From Burkholderiales bacterium (lineage in GTDB: Bacteria > Pseudomonadota > Gammaproteobacteria > Burkholderiales > Burkholderiaceae_C): a DNA stretch of 47,922 nucleotides. The stretch covers positions 1-47,922 of the forward strand of contig PLZH01000125.1 of assembly GCA_003152055.1 (NCBI GenBank), read 5' to 3'. Position numbers and translations under genes: made by a program. The notes beneath the pieces were generated by a model. The model ran no database searches. It saw only the letters and a program-made list of their open reading frames with translations, and had not been told where the DNA came from. Positions 9,169 to 18,208 of the stretch are shown here, one piece after another; position 1 is the stretch's first letter, and each line of letters starts with the position of its first letter.

Positions 9169-9402
9169 ATGAACTGGGACCGCATCAAGGGCAACTGGAA
9201 ACAAGTCACCGGCAAGGCCAAGGAGCAATGGGGCAAACTGACCGATAACGACCTCGAGGTCATCGCTGGGCACCGCGATCAGCTCGCCGGGAAGATCCAG
9301 GAGCGCTACGGCGTGGCCAAGGACGAAGCCGAAAGGCAGCTTGCCGAATGGGAACGTAAGGCAACCGATTCGTGGTTCACGAAGGCCAACAAGCGCCTCT
9401 GA
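9169..9402 (+). CDS. CsbD/YjbJ family stress protein
   Basis: AAGGAG RBS; MNWDRIKGNWKQVTGKAKEQWGKLTDNDL...GKIQERYG. Confidence 0.93.
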   Translation: MNWDRIKGNWKQVTGKAKEQWGKLTDNDLEVIAGHRDQLAGKIQERYGVAKDEAERQLAEWERKATDSWFTKANKRL

Positions 9403-9446
9403 ATCACGCCCGCGGTTCGCCAACTCATGGCAGAAGGAGAAGCAAG

Positions 9447-9593
9447 GTGCTCGAGACCATTGCAATCATCCTGGTTGTCCTCTGGCTTCTGGGTCTTGTC
9501 ACGTCGTACACCATGGGCGGATTCATCCATGTTCTTCTCGTCATCGCGATCGTGGTGATTCTGGTACGTGTCATTCAAGGTCGACGCCCGTAG
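9447..9593 (+). CDS. lmo0937-family small membrane protein (48 aa)
   Basis: AAGGAG RBS, GTG start; MLETIAIILVVLWLLGLVTSYTMGGFIHVLLVIAIVVILVRVIQGRRP. Confidence 0.88.
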   Translation: MLETIAIILVVLWLLGLVTSYTMGGFIHVLLVIAIVVILVRVIQGRRP

Positions 9594-9622
9594 ATCCCGG
9601 ACTCGTTGCGCCGAGCCGCGCT

Positions 9623-9636
9623 TTGGCGCAAATCAA
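9623..9636 (+). promoter_or_regulatory. FNR-like box upstream of asmA-family gene
   Basis: TTGGC-GCAA-ATCAA (8/10); CAGGCT at 9659-9664 at class II -10 position. Confidence 0.5.
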
Positions 9637-9676
9637 CAAGGTATCGGCAGCTCTGCCACAGGCTCGAGTCAGACCA

Positions 9677-11104
9677 GTGTCAAGATCATTGAGGATCATC
9701 CTCGTCGGTGCCCTCGGGCTCGTCGGTCTTCTCGCCGTTGGCGCAGCTGCTCTGCTTCTTCTTGTAGACGCCAGCCACTGCAAGGCCCGGCTGGAAGCGG
9801 CCGCCTCGCGAGTCTTGGGAATGGAGGTCAGCATCAGCGGCCGGGTGGGGATCGCCTTCTTCCCAGGCTTGCTCGTCACACTCGCGGATGTGCACATTCG
9901 CAGCCGGGGGGTGGAGGTCGCGTCCGCGAAGGAGGCCAAGCTCGGGATCGATCTCTTCCCTCTTTTTTGGAAGGAAATCCGGATCGAGAAGATCGTGCTG
10001 AACTACCCCAGGATCGCCATTGAAAGGGACCGCGACGGTCAGTTCAACTTTGAAATGCCGGGGGCGGCCGGGGGAACGTCACCCGCCCTGGACTGGCCGA
10101 GCGTCTCCCTTTCGGACGGGACTCTCGTCTACGCGGACAGACAATTCGGGGAAGGATTCGACGCAGCGGATTGCCGCTTGGACATGCATCGTCTGCGCCT
10201 TTCTGGCGGGAAACGCTCGAATCTCATGAAGGACCTTTCCTTCACCGCGGAGCTCGCCTGCGGGGAGGTCCGTCATGATGGTTTCACGGTATCCGATTTG
10301 AAGTTTTCGGCTGACGCGAAGAATGACGTCATCGTTCTCGAGCCGGTTACGACCCGTGTCTTCGGCACGCAGGGATCGGGAAGCATCCAAGCGGACTTTT
10401 CGGGTGCTGCCCCGCTTTACCATGTCCGTTACTCTCTCACGCAGTTTCCCATCGAGGAATTCTTCAAGGCCATGTCGCGGCAGACGGTTGCAGCGGGCCG
10501 GATGGACTTTTCCGCAAACCTGTCGATGCAGGGAAAGACCGAGAAGGAGATGCGACAGACGTTGAAGGGACAGATCACGCTGCGGGGCAAGAACCTTACG
10601 CTTAGTGGCAGCGATCTGGATCGGGAGCTCTCCAGGTTTGAATCCAGCCAGAACTTCAATCTCGTGGATGCGGGTGCCTTCTTCTTTGCCGGGCCTCTCG
10701 GCCTGGTGGTCACAAAAGGGTATGACTTTGCCAGCCTCTTTCGAGGAGCGGGCGGTAGCAGCGAGATCCGCACGCTCGTCTCCGACTGGAAGGTCGAGCG
10801 CGGCGTGGCACAGGCGCAGGATGTGGCGATGGCCACGAAGGAGAACCGGATCGCCCTCCAAGGAGGGCTCGATTTCGTCAATGACCGGTTCAATGACGTG
10901 ACCATCGCGCTGATCGACGCGAAGGGCTGCGCCAAGGTGCGGCAGAAAATACGTGGCACCTTCCAGAATCCGGTGGTGGAAAAACCGAGCCTTCTCAGGT
11001 CCCTCACCGGACCTGCGCTGAGCTTGATGAAGAGGGGGAGCGCCCTCTTCTTTGGCGGACAGTGCGAGGTGTTCTATGCGGGATCGGTCGCGGCGCCGAA
11101 GTGA
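9677..11104 (+). CDS. AsmA family protein
   Basis: N-terminal TM helix, then LEAAASRVLGMEVSISG...FFPGLLVTLADVHI...ERDRDGQFNF and C-terminal IRGTFQNPVV; visibly less GC-biased codon use than core genes. Confidence 0.82.
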   Translation: MSRSLRIILVGALGLVGLLAVGAAALLLLVDASHCKARLEAAASRVLGMEVSISGRVGIAFFPGLLVTLADVHIRSRGVEVASAKEAKLGIDLFPLFWKEIRIEKIVLNYPRIAIERDRDGQFNFEMPGAAGGTSPALDWPSVSLSDGTLVYADRQFGEGFDAADCRLDMHRLRLSGGKRSNLMKDLSFTAELACGEVRHDGFTVSDLKFSADAKNDVIVLEPVTTRVFGTQGSGSIQADFSGAAPLYHVRYSLTQFPIEEFFKAMSRQTVAAGRMDFSANLSMQGKTEKEMRQTLKGQITLRGKNLTLSGSDLDRELSRFESSQNFNLVDAGAFFFAGPLGLVVTKGYDFASLFRGAGGSSEIRTLVSDWKVERGVAQAQDVAMATKENRIALQGGLDFVNDRFNDVTIALIDAKGCAKVRQKIRGTFQNPVVEKPSLLRSLTGPALSLMKRGSALFFGGQCEVFYAGSVAAPK

Positions 11105-11182
11105 ATCGTCTTCGAACGCGTGTTCGCCGCCCGGCATGTAAGAACGATGCGCCCGGCCGACGCGGCGAAGCGCATGGCCGCA

Positions 11183-11833
11183 TCATGCGGGCTTGATGGT
11201 GCCCACGGTCTGCGATAGCAACAGTTGGTGATCTGCCCCCAGGCCCATCGCCTGCGACAGCGCGCGGCGATCGAACCAGGCGCGGATGACGGCGGCCAGA
11301 CCTGCCGACGCACAGTACAGGTACACGTTCTGGGCCATCGCGCCCGCGGTAGCGAAGGCATAGGCTTCACGTTGCTCTGCAGGCACGAGTTTCATGCGCG
11401 TGTGGTCGGCCACGAAGACCAAGTCGAGCGGAGCGGTGTCGACGAAGTCCTGGTTGCCGGTCACGCGGCGCACGTCATTGGCAACGGTCAACTGCAACTC
11501 GTGTTTGGTCGGCTCGTAAAGATAGAGCCCTTGCGGCAAAGCCACATAGAGCAGGATCTCCTGCGAGTTCATGGCGCTGGGTGCCGTGCGCCCGCCGTGC
11601 TCGCTTCGGTTGATGCCGCCAGCTGCCCAGAGAAGATCTGAGAGGGTCTGCTCGGGCAGTGGTTCTGGCGCGAACTCGCGCTGCGATTGGCGGCTTGCCA
11701 GCGCCTCCATTAGCGGTTTGCCGCCCCTTTGCGCAGGTGGTGGCAGCGCGATCGTCGTGCCCGGATCGCCGACCGGCGGCAGCGGTTTGAGCTGGCCCAT
11801 GAGGCCGAGTGCGAGTTTGGTGAGGGTGTTCAT
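11183..11833 (-). CDS. Nitroreductase family protein (SagB/ThcOx-like), copy 2
   Basis: LMEALASRQSQREF, LLWAAGGINR, GGRTAPSAMN, AMAQNVYLYC, QTVG. Confidence 0.88.
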   Translation of the reverse strand: MNTLTKLALGLMGQLKPLPPVGDPGTTIALPPPAQRGGKPLMEALASRQSQREFAPEPLPEQTLSDLLWAAGGINRSEHGGRTAPSAMNSQEILLYVALPQGLYLYEPTKHELQLTVANDVRRVTGNQDFVDTAPLDLVFVADHTRMKLVPAEQREAYAFATAGAMAQNVYLYCASAGLAAVIRAWFDRRALSQAMGLGADHQLLLSQTVGTIKPA

Positions 11834-11897
11834 GGACAAGGTGCTGGGGTTCGCTACGGTTCAGTTCGTTGCGGCAGCGCTTGCGCCGGCGAGATCC

Positions 11898-12626
11898 TCA
11901 ACGACGAGTCCCGTTGCAATCGACCGTGTTGCAACGGCGCGCCAGCACCCCAATGGCCAACAAACCCGATAGCAGCAGCGCGGACGTACTCGGCTCAGGA
12001 ACGGCGGCGACGGCGCCGGTGCCAGCGACGGCGACGGCCAGGATGTCGAAGTGCGAGTCAGCGCCGCAGCATGATTGGATGCGGACGGCATCAAACAACG
12101 CGTCCGGCACAAGCCCCAAGTCTGAGGCCGAGAAGGTGCCGAAGTTCGTCTGATAGCCGGAAGGCTGCGTATCGTTCAGCACCGGTGCTATGTTTCCCGA
12201 GCCAAAGCTCCGGAACGTGGTCCATCCCGCAGTGGTGTGCACAGACACGAGCGCGTCGCTCACGTCGTTTTCGACGGTGAAGTTCCCGGCCTCCCAGATT
12301 GCGAGGCTGGAGCCGATCATGGGGAGCGCCAGCGTGACTTCACTGGCGGGGCCGAGCGTCAGGCCGGTGGTCAGATCGGGGCCCAGCGCCGCGATTTGCA
12401 GCGATGCCGGGCTGCAAGCCGACAACACGCCCGCGGTGAAACAGCCGAACTCGCCGCTTGGCCCCGCCAGCGTCGCGAACGCGAAGGCGTCGCTGTCGAA
12501 AGCGCGGCTGCCTTGAGGCGTCGGCATGCTGACCGTTGCCGCGAGCGCGGTGCTCGCCGAAAAGAGGAGTGCTGCCATTGACGCCATCAAAATGGGCCGG
12601 CTGCGCCGTGGTATGGATTGATTCAT
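11898..12626 (-). CDS. PEP-CTERM sorting-domain exoprotein
   Basis: Signal peptide (AALLFSASTALA); C-terminal VPEPSTSALLLSGLLAIGVLARR. Confidence 0.85.
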   Translation of the reverse strand: MNQSIPRRSRPILMASMAALLFSASTALAATVSMPTPQGSRAFDSDAFAFATLAGPSGEFGCFTAGVLSACSPASLQIAALGPDLTTGLTLGPASEVTLALPMIGSSLAIWEAGNFTVENDVSDALVSVHTTAGWTTFRSFGSGNIAPVLNDTQPSGYQTNFGTFSASDLGLVPDALFDAVRIQSCCGADSHFDILAVAVAGTGAVAAVPEPSTSALLLSGLLAIGVLARRCNTVDCNGTRR

Positions 12627-12643
12627 GAGTTGTCTCGTTGGAT

Positions 12644-13309
12644 TCAAAAGCGATACTGCAGGCCCAACGAGCCGAAGTCGATATCGGAGCGTCCGGAGCT
12701 AGCGGCATCACCGATGTGGAGGAAGCGCTCCCACTCGAGGCGCGCGCTGAACGCCTGCGTGAACTGCAGCCGTACACCGAGGCCGGCGATGGGGCTCGCA
12801 CCGCTGGCATCGGCCGACTGCGCGCCGCGCCCGCTGAAGGTGCCCGAGGCCTGGAGCCTGGTTCGCCAGAGCCCCGCGCCCGCCTTGCCGAATATTTCGA
12901 ACCGGTCTCCCAGCGGTAGAATGCCGACCGCAAATGCGTTCCAGTCGTCGGCTCGAAAGCTGGCCTGCACAGTGCCAGGGTCGGCAATCACCTGTCCCTG
13001 AAAGCCGTATCGGCCTAGAAACGTGTAACCTCCCTCGACCGCCCAGTGGCGATCAAAGCGGTATCCGGCGAACAGCTTCCAGCCGGTGGCACGGTCGTCA
13101 ACGCTGGTGGTGCGAACCGCAAGACTTTGCATCTGCAGCGCCTGGTTGATGGCGTCACGGTTCAAGTCGCCGGCGCGCAACCAGCCCACGTTGCCACCGA
13201 GGTAGGGGCCGCCAGGGTCGGTTTGCACCTGCGCCCATGCCGGACCGGCAGACGAACAGAGAAGACACAGGCCGGCCAAGCGCAGGGACGGGGCATTGAG
13301 GAGAGTCAT
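12644..13309 (-). CDS. Outer-membrane beta-barrel protein (OmpA transmembrane-like)
   Basis: Signal peptide; GWKLFAGYRF, AVEGGY, FGKAGAG, ARLEWERF; terminal LGLQYRF with C-terminal Phe. Confidence 0.88.
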   Translation of the reverse strand: MTLLNAPSLRLAGLCLLCSSAGPAWAQVQTDPGGPYLGGNVGWLRAGDLNRDAINQALQMQSLAVRTTSVDDRATGWKLFAGYRFDRHWAVEGGYTFLGRYGFQGQVIADPGTVQASFRADDWNAFAVGILPLGDRFEIFGKAGAGLWRTRLQASGTFSGRGAQSADASGASPIAGLGVRLQFTQAFSARLEWERFLHIGDAASSGRSDIDFGSLGLQYRF

Positions 13310-13454
13310 GGTTCGTTCGCGCACGTTCACACGACGAGCACGCGATTCACAGTGTTCCGCGTACCGGTTGATGCGTCTGTGCGCTGGCTGACTGATGGAA
13401 CGAGCCCAAGTGCAAGATGAACCGTTCAACCCACATGGACTTACCCACGCCGAA

Positions 13455-13496
13455 AGACTAAGTTGGCCGCGCGCTGACCGGCTTGACAATGCGCAA
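13455..13496 (-). promoter_or_regulatory. FNR/CRP-family box with -10 for the beta-barrel/PEP-CTERM unit
   Basis: TTGAC-AATG-CGCAA at 13483-13496; TAGTCT on the minus strand at 13455-13460, placing the box at -41.5. Confidence 0.55.
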
Positions 13497-13685
13497 GCTT
13501 CTCCATTCATTTCCGGCAAGTCGCCCAGAACACCACCCAGAACGACACGCCGAGGATGAGCCGTCGCGCCCGGGCTGGCGAGCGACTCCATGTGAGTGAC
13601 TTGCGCGGGGTTCTTGAGAGTCCCCCTCCGGAATCCCGGCGGTGGCGCGAGGGCTGACAGACCCCTGGGTCGAAGAAGTCTGGAT

Positions 13686-14939
13686 TCAGGCGAGGGCAGG
13701 CCGCGTCATCAATCGAACCAGGAGTTCTCGCACGCTGCGAATTTCCTGACCGAATGGCAGCGTCCCGACGCCACGGAAGAAGAGGCCCTTCTTGACGTCG
13801 CCTCGCAGCGCGGCCACCAGTTGCTTGTCTATACAGAACTGGCCCCATCCAGCGAGACCGTCGCGCAGCCCACACTGTGCCAGGCAGTCGAACGCCAGCG
13901 TGCAGCGTGGCTTCACGTGGGCCACGCTCTTGAGCCTGGACTCGGCCTTCAGGTAGTTTTGCAGCCAAGGCGTATTGACGGCTCGCGCGGGCAGACCTGC
14001 CACGCTGGTGAACTCGACCATGTCGTCGTCGCTGGCCTGGGCGAGCACGCGCTTGAATTCCGCGTGCGCATCGCATTCCAACGTCACCGCGAAAGGCGTG
14101 CCGAGCTGCACGGCGGCCGCGCCCAACGCCTGTAGCCGGACGATATCTTCGAAGCGCCGGATACCGCCGGCAGCGATCAGCGGCACGTCGTTCTCGATGC
14201 CCGCGGAGCGAAGGAATGCGAGCGCCTGCGGAATGACATTTTCGAACTCGAAGCGCGCGTCCCTCAGGTCCGCCAGATTTGCAGCGCCGAGGTGACCGCC
14301 TGCCAGGCCAGGATGTTCGATCACGATTGCGTCCGGCAAACGCTTCTTGCGTTCCCACTTGCGCACGATGAGCTGGACACCGCGTGCGTCGGAAAGGATC
14401 GGCACCAGCAGCGCGCTCGGATGATCCCGGGCCAAGTCCGGAAGATCGAGCGGCAAGCCAGCTCCGACCACCACAGCGTCGATGCCGCTCTCAAGGGCGC
14501 GGGTCACCGATGGGCCGTACTCGCTGACGGCACGCATCACGTTGATGGCAAGCAGGCCGCGCCCGCCAGAGAGTCGGCGCGCACCACGAATCTCGCGCTC
14601 CAGGGCTTCGAGATTGGCCTCGTCGATCGCCGCCTTGGCGGCTTGCGTGCCGGCCTCGCCGGCAACCAAGTGGCGCGTACGTTCCATGAGGTCGCCGTGA
14701 TGGCGACGGAGGTCCACCGATGCGATCGTTCCCATGGCCCCGAGAGACGCGACACTTCCTGCAAGCTGATGTGCCGAGATCCCCACGCCCATGCCTCCCT
14801 GGACGATCGGCAACAGCGTCCGCCCGCGCAGGCGCAGAGGCTCGAGGCCTGTCTCGCGCAGCATCGCCATCAGGTTGTCGGCGGCATCAGCGGCGCCAGC
14901 GCCATCGGAAGCGACGGTCGCGCGATCGGAGTCGTTCAT
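13686..14939 (-). CDS. Nitronate monooxygenase-family FMN oxidoreductase
   Basis: LPIVQGGMGVGISA, VVVGAGLP, IEHPGLAGGHLG, IAAGGI, AVQLGTPF, Cys cluster CTLAFDCLAQC...FCI. Confidence 0.9.
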   Translation of the reverse strand: MNDSDRATVASDGAGAADAADNLMAMLRETGLEPLRLRGRTLLPIVQGGMGVGISAHQLAGSVASLGAMGTIASVDLRRHHGDLMERTRHLVAGEAGTQAAKAAIDEANLEALEREIRGARRLSGGRGLLAINVMRAVSEYGPSVTRALESGIDAVVVGAGLPLDLPDLARDHPSALLVPILSDARGVQLIVRKWERKKRLPDAIVIEHPGLAGGHLGAANLADLRDARFEFENVIPQALAFLRSAGIENDVPLIAAGGIRRFEDIVRLQALGAAAVQLGTPFAVTLECDAHAEFKRVLAQASDDDMVEFTSVAGLPARAVNTPWLQNYLKAESRLKSVAHVKPRCTLAFDCLAQCGLRDGLAGWGQFCIDKQLVAALRGDVKKGLFFRGVGTLPFGQEIRSVRELLVRLMTRPALA

Positions 14940-15128
14940 TGGCTTTGTAGTCTCGAGCAGGGTGCGGGAGGCGCCGCCCGGTACCGGCTTCGGTGGGCAG
15001 TGACTCGGACCGCAGCCTTGCCTCGCTTGACGAAAGCCCGGCCGTCGTCACCCAGCCGCGCGGACAACACGACCTACCAACTCGCGCTACCGCTTACGGA
15101 CCAAGACACCCGTGTCCTAGATGCACCT

Positions 15129-15170
15129 ATCCTAGGGGCCACGCCATGGAGAGAAGTTGATCCATATCAA
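15129..15170 (-). promoter_or_regulatory. Perfect FNR-type box with -10 for nitronate monooxygenase gene
   Basis: TTGAT-CCAT-ATCAA at 15157-15170; TAGGAT on the minus strand at 15129-15134, placing the box at -41.5. Confidence 0.85.
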
Positions 15171-15201
15171 ATTCTCGCCGCGCGTCCCTTGGAAGCGAAC
15201 T

Positions 15202-15654
15202 GTGATCAGGCGCCCGATCTTTTATCTGCTGTTCTTTGCCGCGGGCCTTGTTGCCGGTGGTTATCTCTTTTCGCGGAGCCTGCCGCGCTCGTTTCTCGCG
15301 CTCGGCACCTGCGACCAGCACTGCTATAAGGCCGACGAAGTGGCCGGGCTGCTCGCCTCGGCGGCGATTCAACGTGTGCCTGGGCTGATCCCGGACGTCG
15401 TTCTCGAATCCGACACCTGCCTCGCGGTGCGCCACCCGAGGCCCCAGGAGCGGATTCATTTCGTGCTCTTTCCGAAGCGCGATGTGAAGAACATCGCGAC
15501 GTTGACGCCGGACGATGTGCCCTACGTTCTGGGTTGCTTCGCCATGATTCGAGAACTGGTCGCGCGTGATCACCTCGACGACTATCGCGTCCTGACCAAC
15601 GGCCCGGCCCGCCAGGACGTGACCTATCTGCACTTTCACCTGATCGCCAACTGA
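15202..15654 (+). CDS. HIT-domain protein with N-terminal membrane/signal segment
   Basis: HPRPQERIHFVLFPKR, LTNG, TYLHFHLI (HIT-like); hydrophobic IFYLLFFAAGLVAGGYLF; GTG start inferred. Confidence 0.75.
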   Translation: MIRRPIFYLLFFAAGLVAGGYLFSRSLPRSFLALGTCDQHCYKADEVAGLLASAAIQRVPGLIPDVVLESDTCLAVRHPRPQERIHFVLFPKRDVKNIATLTPDDVPYVLGCFAMIRELVARDHLDDYRVLTNGPARQDVTYLHFHLIAN

Positions 15655-15669
15655 GTCCAGCAACGCGCC

Positions 15670-16510
15670 TCATGAAGGCTCGCTCGCCGAGACGGTGATC
15701 GTTCGCAAAAGCGCATCGAGCGTCGCCGGATCGATCGGCTTGACGACGTGATGGTCGAATCCGGCGTCCTGCGTTCGCTGTCGATCTTCCTGTTGTGCCC
15801 ATCCGGTCTGAGCGATGAGTGTCATGCCACGGCCCCAAGGGGTCTCGCGAATGCGGCGACACGTGTCATAGCCATTCAGCTTGGGCATGCCGAGGTCGAG
15901 CAAGACCACATCGGGCCGGTATTGCTCGGCGGTTTGCAGCGCCTGCTCGCCGTCATAGGCAACGCGGACTTCGTGGCCCATCGCGTCGAGCAGCATTGCG
16001 AGGCTGTCGGCACTGTCGGGCAAGTCGTCGGCCACGAGAATCCGACGCGTCCGGGCGACCGGCGATCCAGCTTCGCCGGCCGGCCCGGGTGATCCGGCGA
16101 GCTGCGCCCGGCGCAGGATTGGCAGTCAAACAATGAATTCGCTGCCCTTGCCGACGCCTTCGCTGCACGCGCTGATCGTTCCGCCATGCATGTCTATCAA
16201 TCTCCTAGCGAGCGAAAGGCCGATGCCCAGGCCGCCTTGCGATCGGTCCAGCGCCGATTCCACCTGGCCGAACATCTCGAAGACGTGGGGCATCTGGATC
16301 GCGGCGATGCCGATGCCTGTATCGGTCACTATCACCACGATTTCGTCGTCTTGCTGCTCGACGCCCAGCGTGATACGGCCCACCGGCGGCGTGTACTTTG
16401 CGGCGTTGATGAGGAGGTTGGAGAAGACCTGCGCGAGTCGCGTCAGGTCGCCCTCGACGTTCAGTGACTGCTTCGCGGGTTGAACCGGCTGGTCGTGGGC
16501 TCTTGGCCAT
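15670..16510 (-). pseudogene. Hybrid histidine kinase/response regulator remnant (HATPase + REC)
   Basis: DLTRLAQVFSNLLINAAKYT, DTGIGI, GGLGIGL, GSEFIV*LP (in-frame TGA at 16126-16128), then ILVADD...LLDLGMP...VKP in the same frame; sensor and HisKA regions absent. Confidence 0.85.
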
Positions 16511-16660
16511 CAGGGCCTATCGCAGGAAACGATTCGCGACCCAACGCTCATCCTGCCGACGCGACGGATTCTGCGATGCATCGGCGCGACATGGCAATGG
16601 CCTTTTCAGCGGGCACCGGTCCAACCCCGGTGATCGCCACGTTCGGCTTGGCCATCGTCC

Positions 16661-16685
16661 CGTTATAGTTGACCGTGCATTTCCG
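16661..16685 (+). promoter_or_regulatory. Possible ModE box upstream of modA
   Basis: CGTTATA half-site at 16661-16667; second half degenerate. Confidence 0.45.
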
Positions 16686-16705
16686 GTGCGAACACCAAGC
16701 GAACC

Positions 16706-17515
16706 ATGACGATTTGGCATCCTTCCTGCCGTCTGCGCCGGGGCTCGCGCCTCCGGCCGGCGATCGCTGCCGTCGCCTTGTCGGTTTCCAGCGCCGCGAC
16801 GCTTGCCGCCGACCTCACGGTTTCGGCCGCCGCGAGCCTCACCAACGCGTTCAGGGAGATCGGCAGCGCCTTCGAAGGTGCCAACACGGACACGCACGTG
16901 CAGCTCAACTTCGCGGCGTCGGGCATGCTGTTGCAGCAGATCGCAAAGGGCGCGCCGGTCGACGTGTTCGCCAGCGCCGACCAGGAGACGATGAACCAGG
17001 CCGAGCAGCAGCGGCTCGTCAGGACCGGCACCCGCGTGAACTTCGTCAGCAATTCGCTCGTGGTCATCGTTGCGCAGGATGCGGTGGCCGTGCCCGCATC
17101 GCTGTCCGATCTCGGTGCCGCCGGCATCAAGCACGTCGCCATCGGTCTTCCGGCGAGCGTGCCGGTCGGCCGGTACACGAAGGCGGCGCTCGAGAGGGCG
17201 CGGCTGTGGCCTGCGATCGAGGCGAAGATGATCGGCGCGCAGTCGGTGCGCCAGGTTCTCGACTACGTAGCGCGGGGCGAAGTCGACGCCGGCTTCGTCT
17301 ACAGCACCGACGCGGCGATCATGCCCGGCAAGGTCAAGGTCGCCTTCGTGGTGCCGACCGCAACGCCGGTGCTGTACCCGATCGCGCCGGTCGCATCCAG
17401 TGCGAACGGCGCTGCGGCGCAGAAATTCATCGCCTACGTCTTGTCGCCATCGGGCCAGACCGTGCTTGCGAAGTTCGGATTCGGCAAGCCCTCCGATAGC
17501 GTTAACAGGCCCTAG
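16706..17515 (+). CDS. modA: Molybdate ABC transporter substrate-binding protein
   Basis: VSAAASL, NFAASG, GAPVDVFASA, SVPVGRY, DAGFVYSTDA. Confidence 0.95.
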   Translation: MTIWHPSCRLRRGSRLRPAIAAVALSVSSAATLAADLTVSAAASLTNAFREIGSAFEGANTDTHVQLNFAASGMLLQQIAKGAPVDVFASADQETMNQAEQQRLVRTGTRVNFVSNSLVVIVAQDAVAVPASLSDLGAAGIKHVAIGLPASVPVGRYTKAALERARLWPAIEAKMIGAQSVRQVLDYVARGEVDAGFVYSTDAAIMPGKVKVAFVVPTATPVLYPIAPVASSANGAAAQKFIAYVLSPSGQTVLAKFGFGKPSDSVNRP

Positions 17516-17523
17516 GCTTTCTT

Positions 17524-18198
17524 GTGGAGCCGGCCTGGATCGCGCTCGCACTGTCGCTGAAGGTTGCCCTTTGCGCGACCGGGCTGGACCTCGTTTTCGG
17601 CGTGGCCGCCGGCTTCGCGCTGGCGCGCTGGCGCTTCCCCGGGCGCGAGCTGATCGACTCGATCCTGCTGCTGCCCATGGTCTTGCCGCCGACGGTGCTG
17701 GGCTACTACCTGCTCGTCCTGGTCGGACGGCGGGGCTGGCTGGGCGGCTGGCTCGAGCGCGAGTTCGGCATCAACCTCATATTCACGTGGCAGGGGGCGG
17801 TTCTCGCCGCCGCGGTGGTCGCCTTTCCGTTCGTCTGCAAATCGGCGCGTGCGGCGTTCGAGACCGTCGATGTGCAATACGAAGAGGCGGCCAAGGTGCT
17901 GGGGCTTGCGCCTGCGGCGATCTTCTTTCGCATCACGCTGCCGCTCGCCTGGCGCAGCATCCTCGCCGGCGTCCTGCTCGCTTTCGCCCGGGCCCTCGGC
18001 GAGTTCGGCGCCACCTTGATGGTGGCGGGCAGCATCCCGGGCAAGACGCAGACACTCTCGATCGCCGTCTACGAAGCGGTGCAGGCAGGCCAGGACGCTC
18101 TGGCGAACGTGCTGGTGCTGCTGACTTCGGTCACCTGCGTGGCGATCCTCCTACTCGCCGGCCGCCTGGCGCCGGCTCGCATTCCGGGGCGTTCATGA
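17524..18198 (+). CDS. modB: Molybdate ABC transporter permease
   Basis: LPMVLPPTVLGYYLL, FARALGEFGATLMVAGSIPGKTQT. Confidence 0.95.
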   Translation: MEPAWIALALSLKVALCATGLDLVFGVAAGFALARWRFPGRELIDSILLLPMVLPPTVLGYYLLVLVGRRGWLGGWLEREFGINLIFTWQGAVLAAAVVAFPFVCKSARAAFETVDVQYEEAAKVLGLAPAAIFFRITLPLAWRSILAGVLLAFARALGEFGATLMVAGSIPGKTQTLSIAVYEAVQAGQDALANVLVLLTSVTCVAILLLAGRLAPARIPGRS

Positions 18199-18208
18199 CG
18201 GCGCGGCG

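Noticed and set aside
9341-9676. Extended N-terminus of AsmA, and similar extensions for ubiU, ubiV, tauA, tauX, purU and the beta-barrel
   Set aside because: Extensions overlap upstream genes or promoters; downstream starts have RBS and family-typical N-termini
7990-11833. SagB/ThcOx dehydrogenases as part of an azole RiPP cluster with the small ORFs as precursors
   Set aside because: No YcaO/E1 cyclodehydratase; the small ORFs are known membrane or stress families, not Cys/Ser/Thr-rich cores
13310-13685. Riboswitch or ncRNA in the long intergenic region
   Set aside because: No recognisable aptamer consensus or terminator by eye; a covariance-model scan would be needed
16126-16128. In-frame TGA as selenocysteine or programmed read-through
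   Set aside because: Position corresponds to Arg in the EFxVRLP motif and the gene is also 5'-truncated
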